Positions 63,440 to 64,000 of a stretch of 64,000 nt of DNA are shown here, in pieces (the first letter of the stretch is position 1; every line of letters begins with the position of its first letter). This DNA comes from Octopus bimaculoides (taxonomy: Eukaryota). The translations under genes were made by a program, and so were the position numbers. The stretch lies in contig NC_068984.1 of the NCBI RefSeq assembly GCF_001194135.2, positions 117,694,545 to 117,758,544 of the forward strand. The letters run 5' to 3'. The notes below the pieces were generated by a model. It was not told the origin of the DNA, did not search any database, and worked only from the letters and a program-made list of their open reading frames with translations.

Positions 63440-63890
63440 CATTGCTACCAGCACTACCATAACCACCATCGCCATCAACGGCATCACCATCATCACCAGC
63501 ACCAGCGCCATCTTTATCACCACCACCACCATCGTCCTTCTCCTTCTTCTCCTTCTCATCATCATCATCATCACCATCAACATTATTATAACCATCACAT
63601 CATCATGACCACCACCACTACCACCACCACCATCACCACCATCATCATCATCAGCATCAGCATCATCATCACTACCATTACCATGGTGATCACCTTCATC
63701 ACTGTCATCTTCATCACCATCAATCATCTTTGCTGTTGTCATCATCATCACAAACACAACCACCAGGACCACAACTACGACCGCCACCACCATCACCATC
63801 ACCATATCATCATCATCACTGCCATCAACATTATCATCCCCATCACCATTTCCTTTATCCTCATCACCATCCTCATCATCATTCTGATGA
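63440..63890. repeat. (CAT/CAC)n trinucleotide mosaic
   Basis: Directly visible. Confidence 0.9.
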
Positions 63891-64000
63891 CTTACTAGTT
63901 TAGCCAGGATGTCAGCAGCTAAGCAGCTACCAGAAAAACAAATAGCAATGTTTTTTGTTTTTTTATTGAAAAAGTTTTTTTTGTTTTTTTTTTTTGCTTT

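Overview
AT-rich animal genomic DNA from a gapped draft scaffold (19 N-runs, most next to microsatellites). The repeat families resemble those I recall from octopus genomes (e.g. Octopus bimaculoides), but this assignment is from memory and unverified. No host protein-coding gene can be supported. Nearly all ORFs in the supplied track are artefacts of (TA)n/(CA)n/trinucleotide repeats, N-runs or antisense transposon sequence. The window is a dense mix of mobile elements: three tRNA-head SINE families (labelled A, B, C here), a young (CAT)n-tailed retroposon 3' end (D), two TTAA-flanked piggyBac-type MITE families, two mariner relics, a degenerate Penelope-like RT plus GIY-YIG element, several R4/Dong-type RLE-retrotransposon fragments in (TAA)n tracts, a Helentron-type non-autonomous element and several fold-back hairpins. 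Most notable: (1) a type I hammerhead-ribozyme-like motif in a Penelope-type terminal repeat (55188-55224); (2) (TAA)n tracts, twice the tails of SINE-B, that repeatedly hold RLE elements and an uncharacterised 541-bp non-coding element; (3) a fold-back mariner built from two inverted transposase 3' ends; (4) a mariner in which a SINE replaces about 400 bp of transposase; (5) a 140-bp SINE-derived tandem array; (6) a 78-bp-arm hairpin whose three mismatches are all G-U wobbles on one strand.
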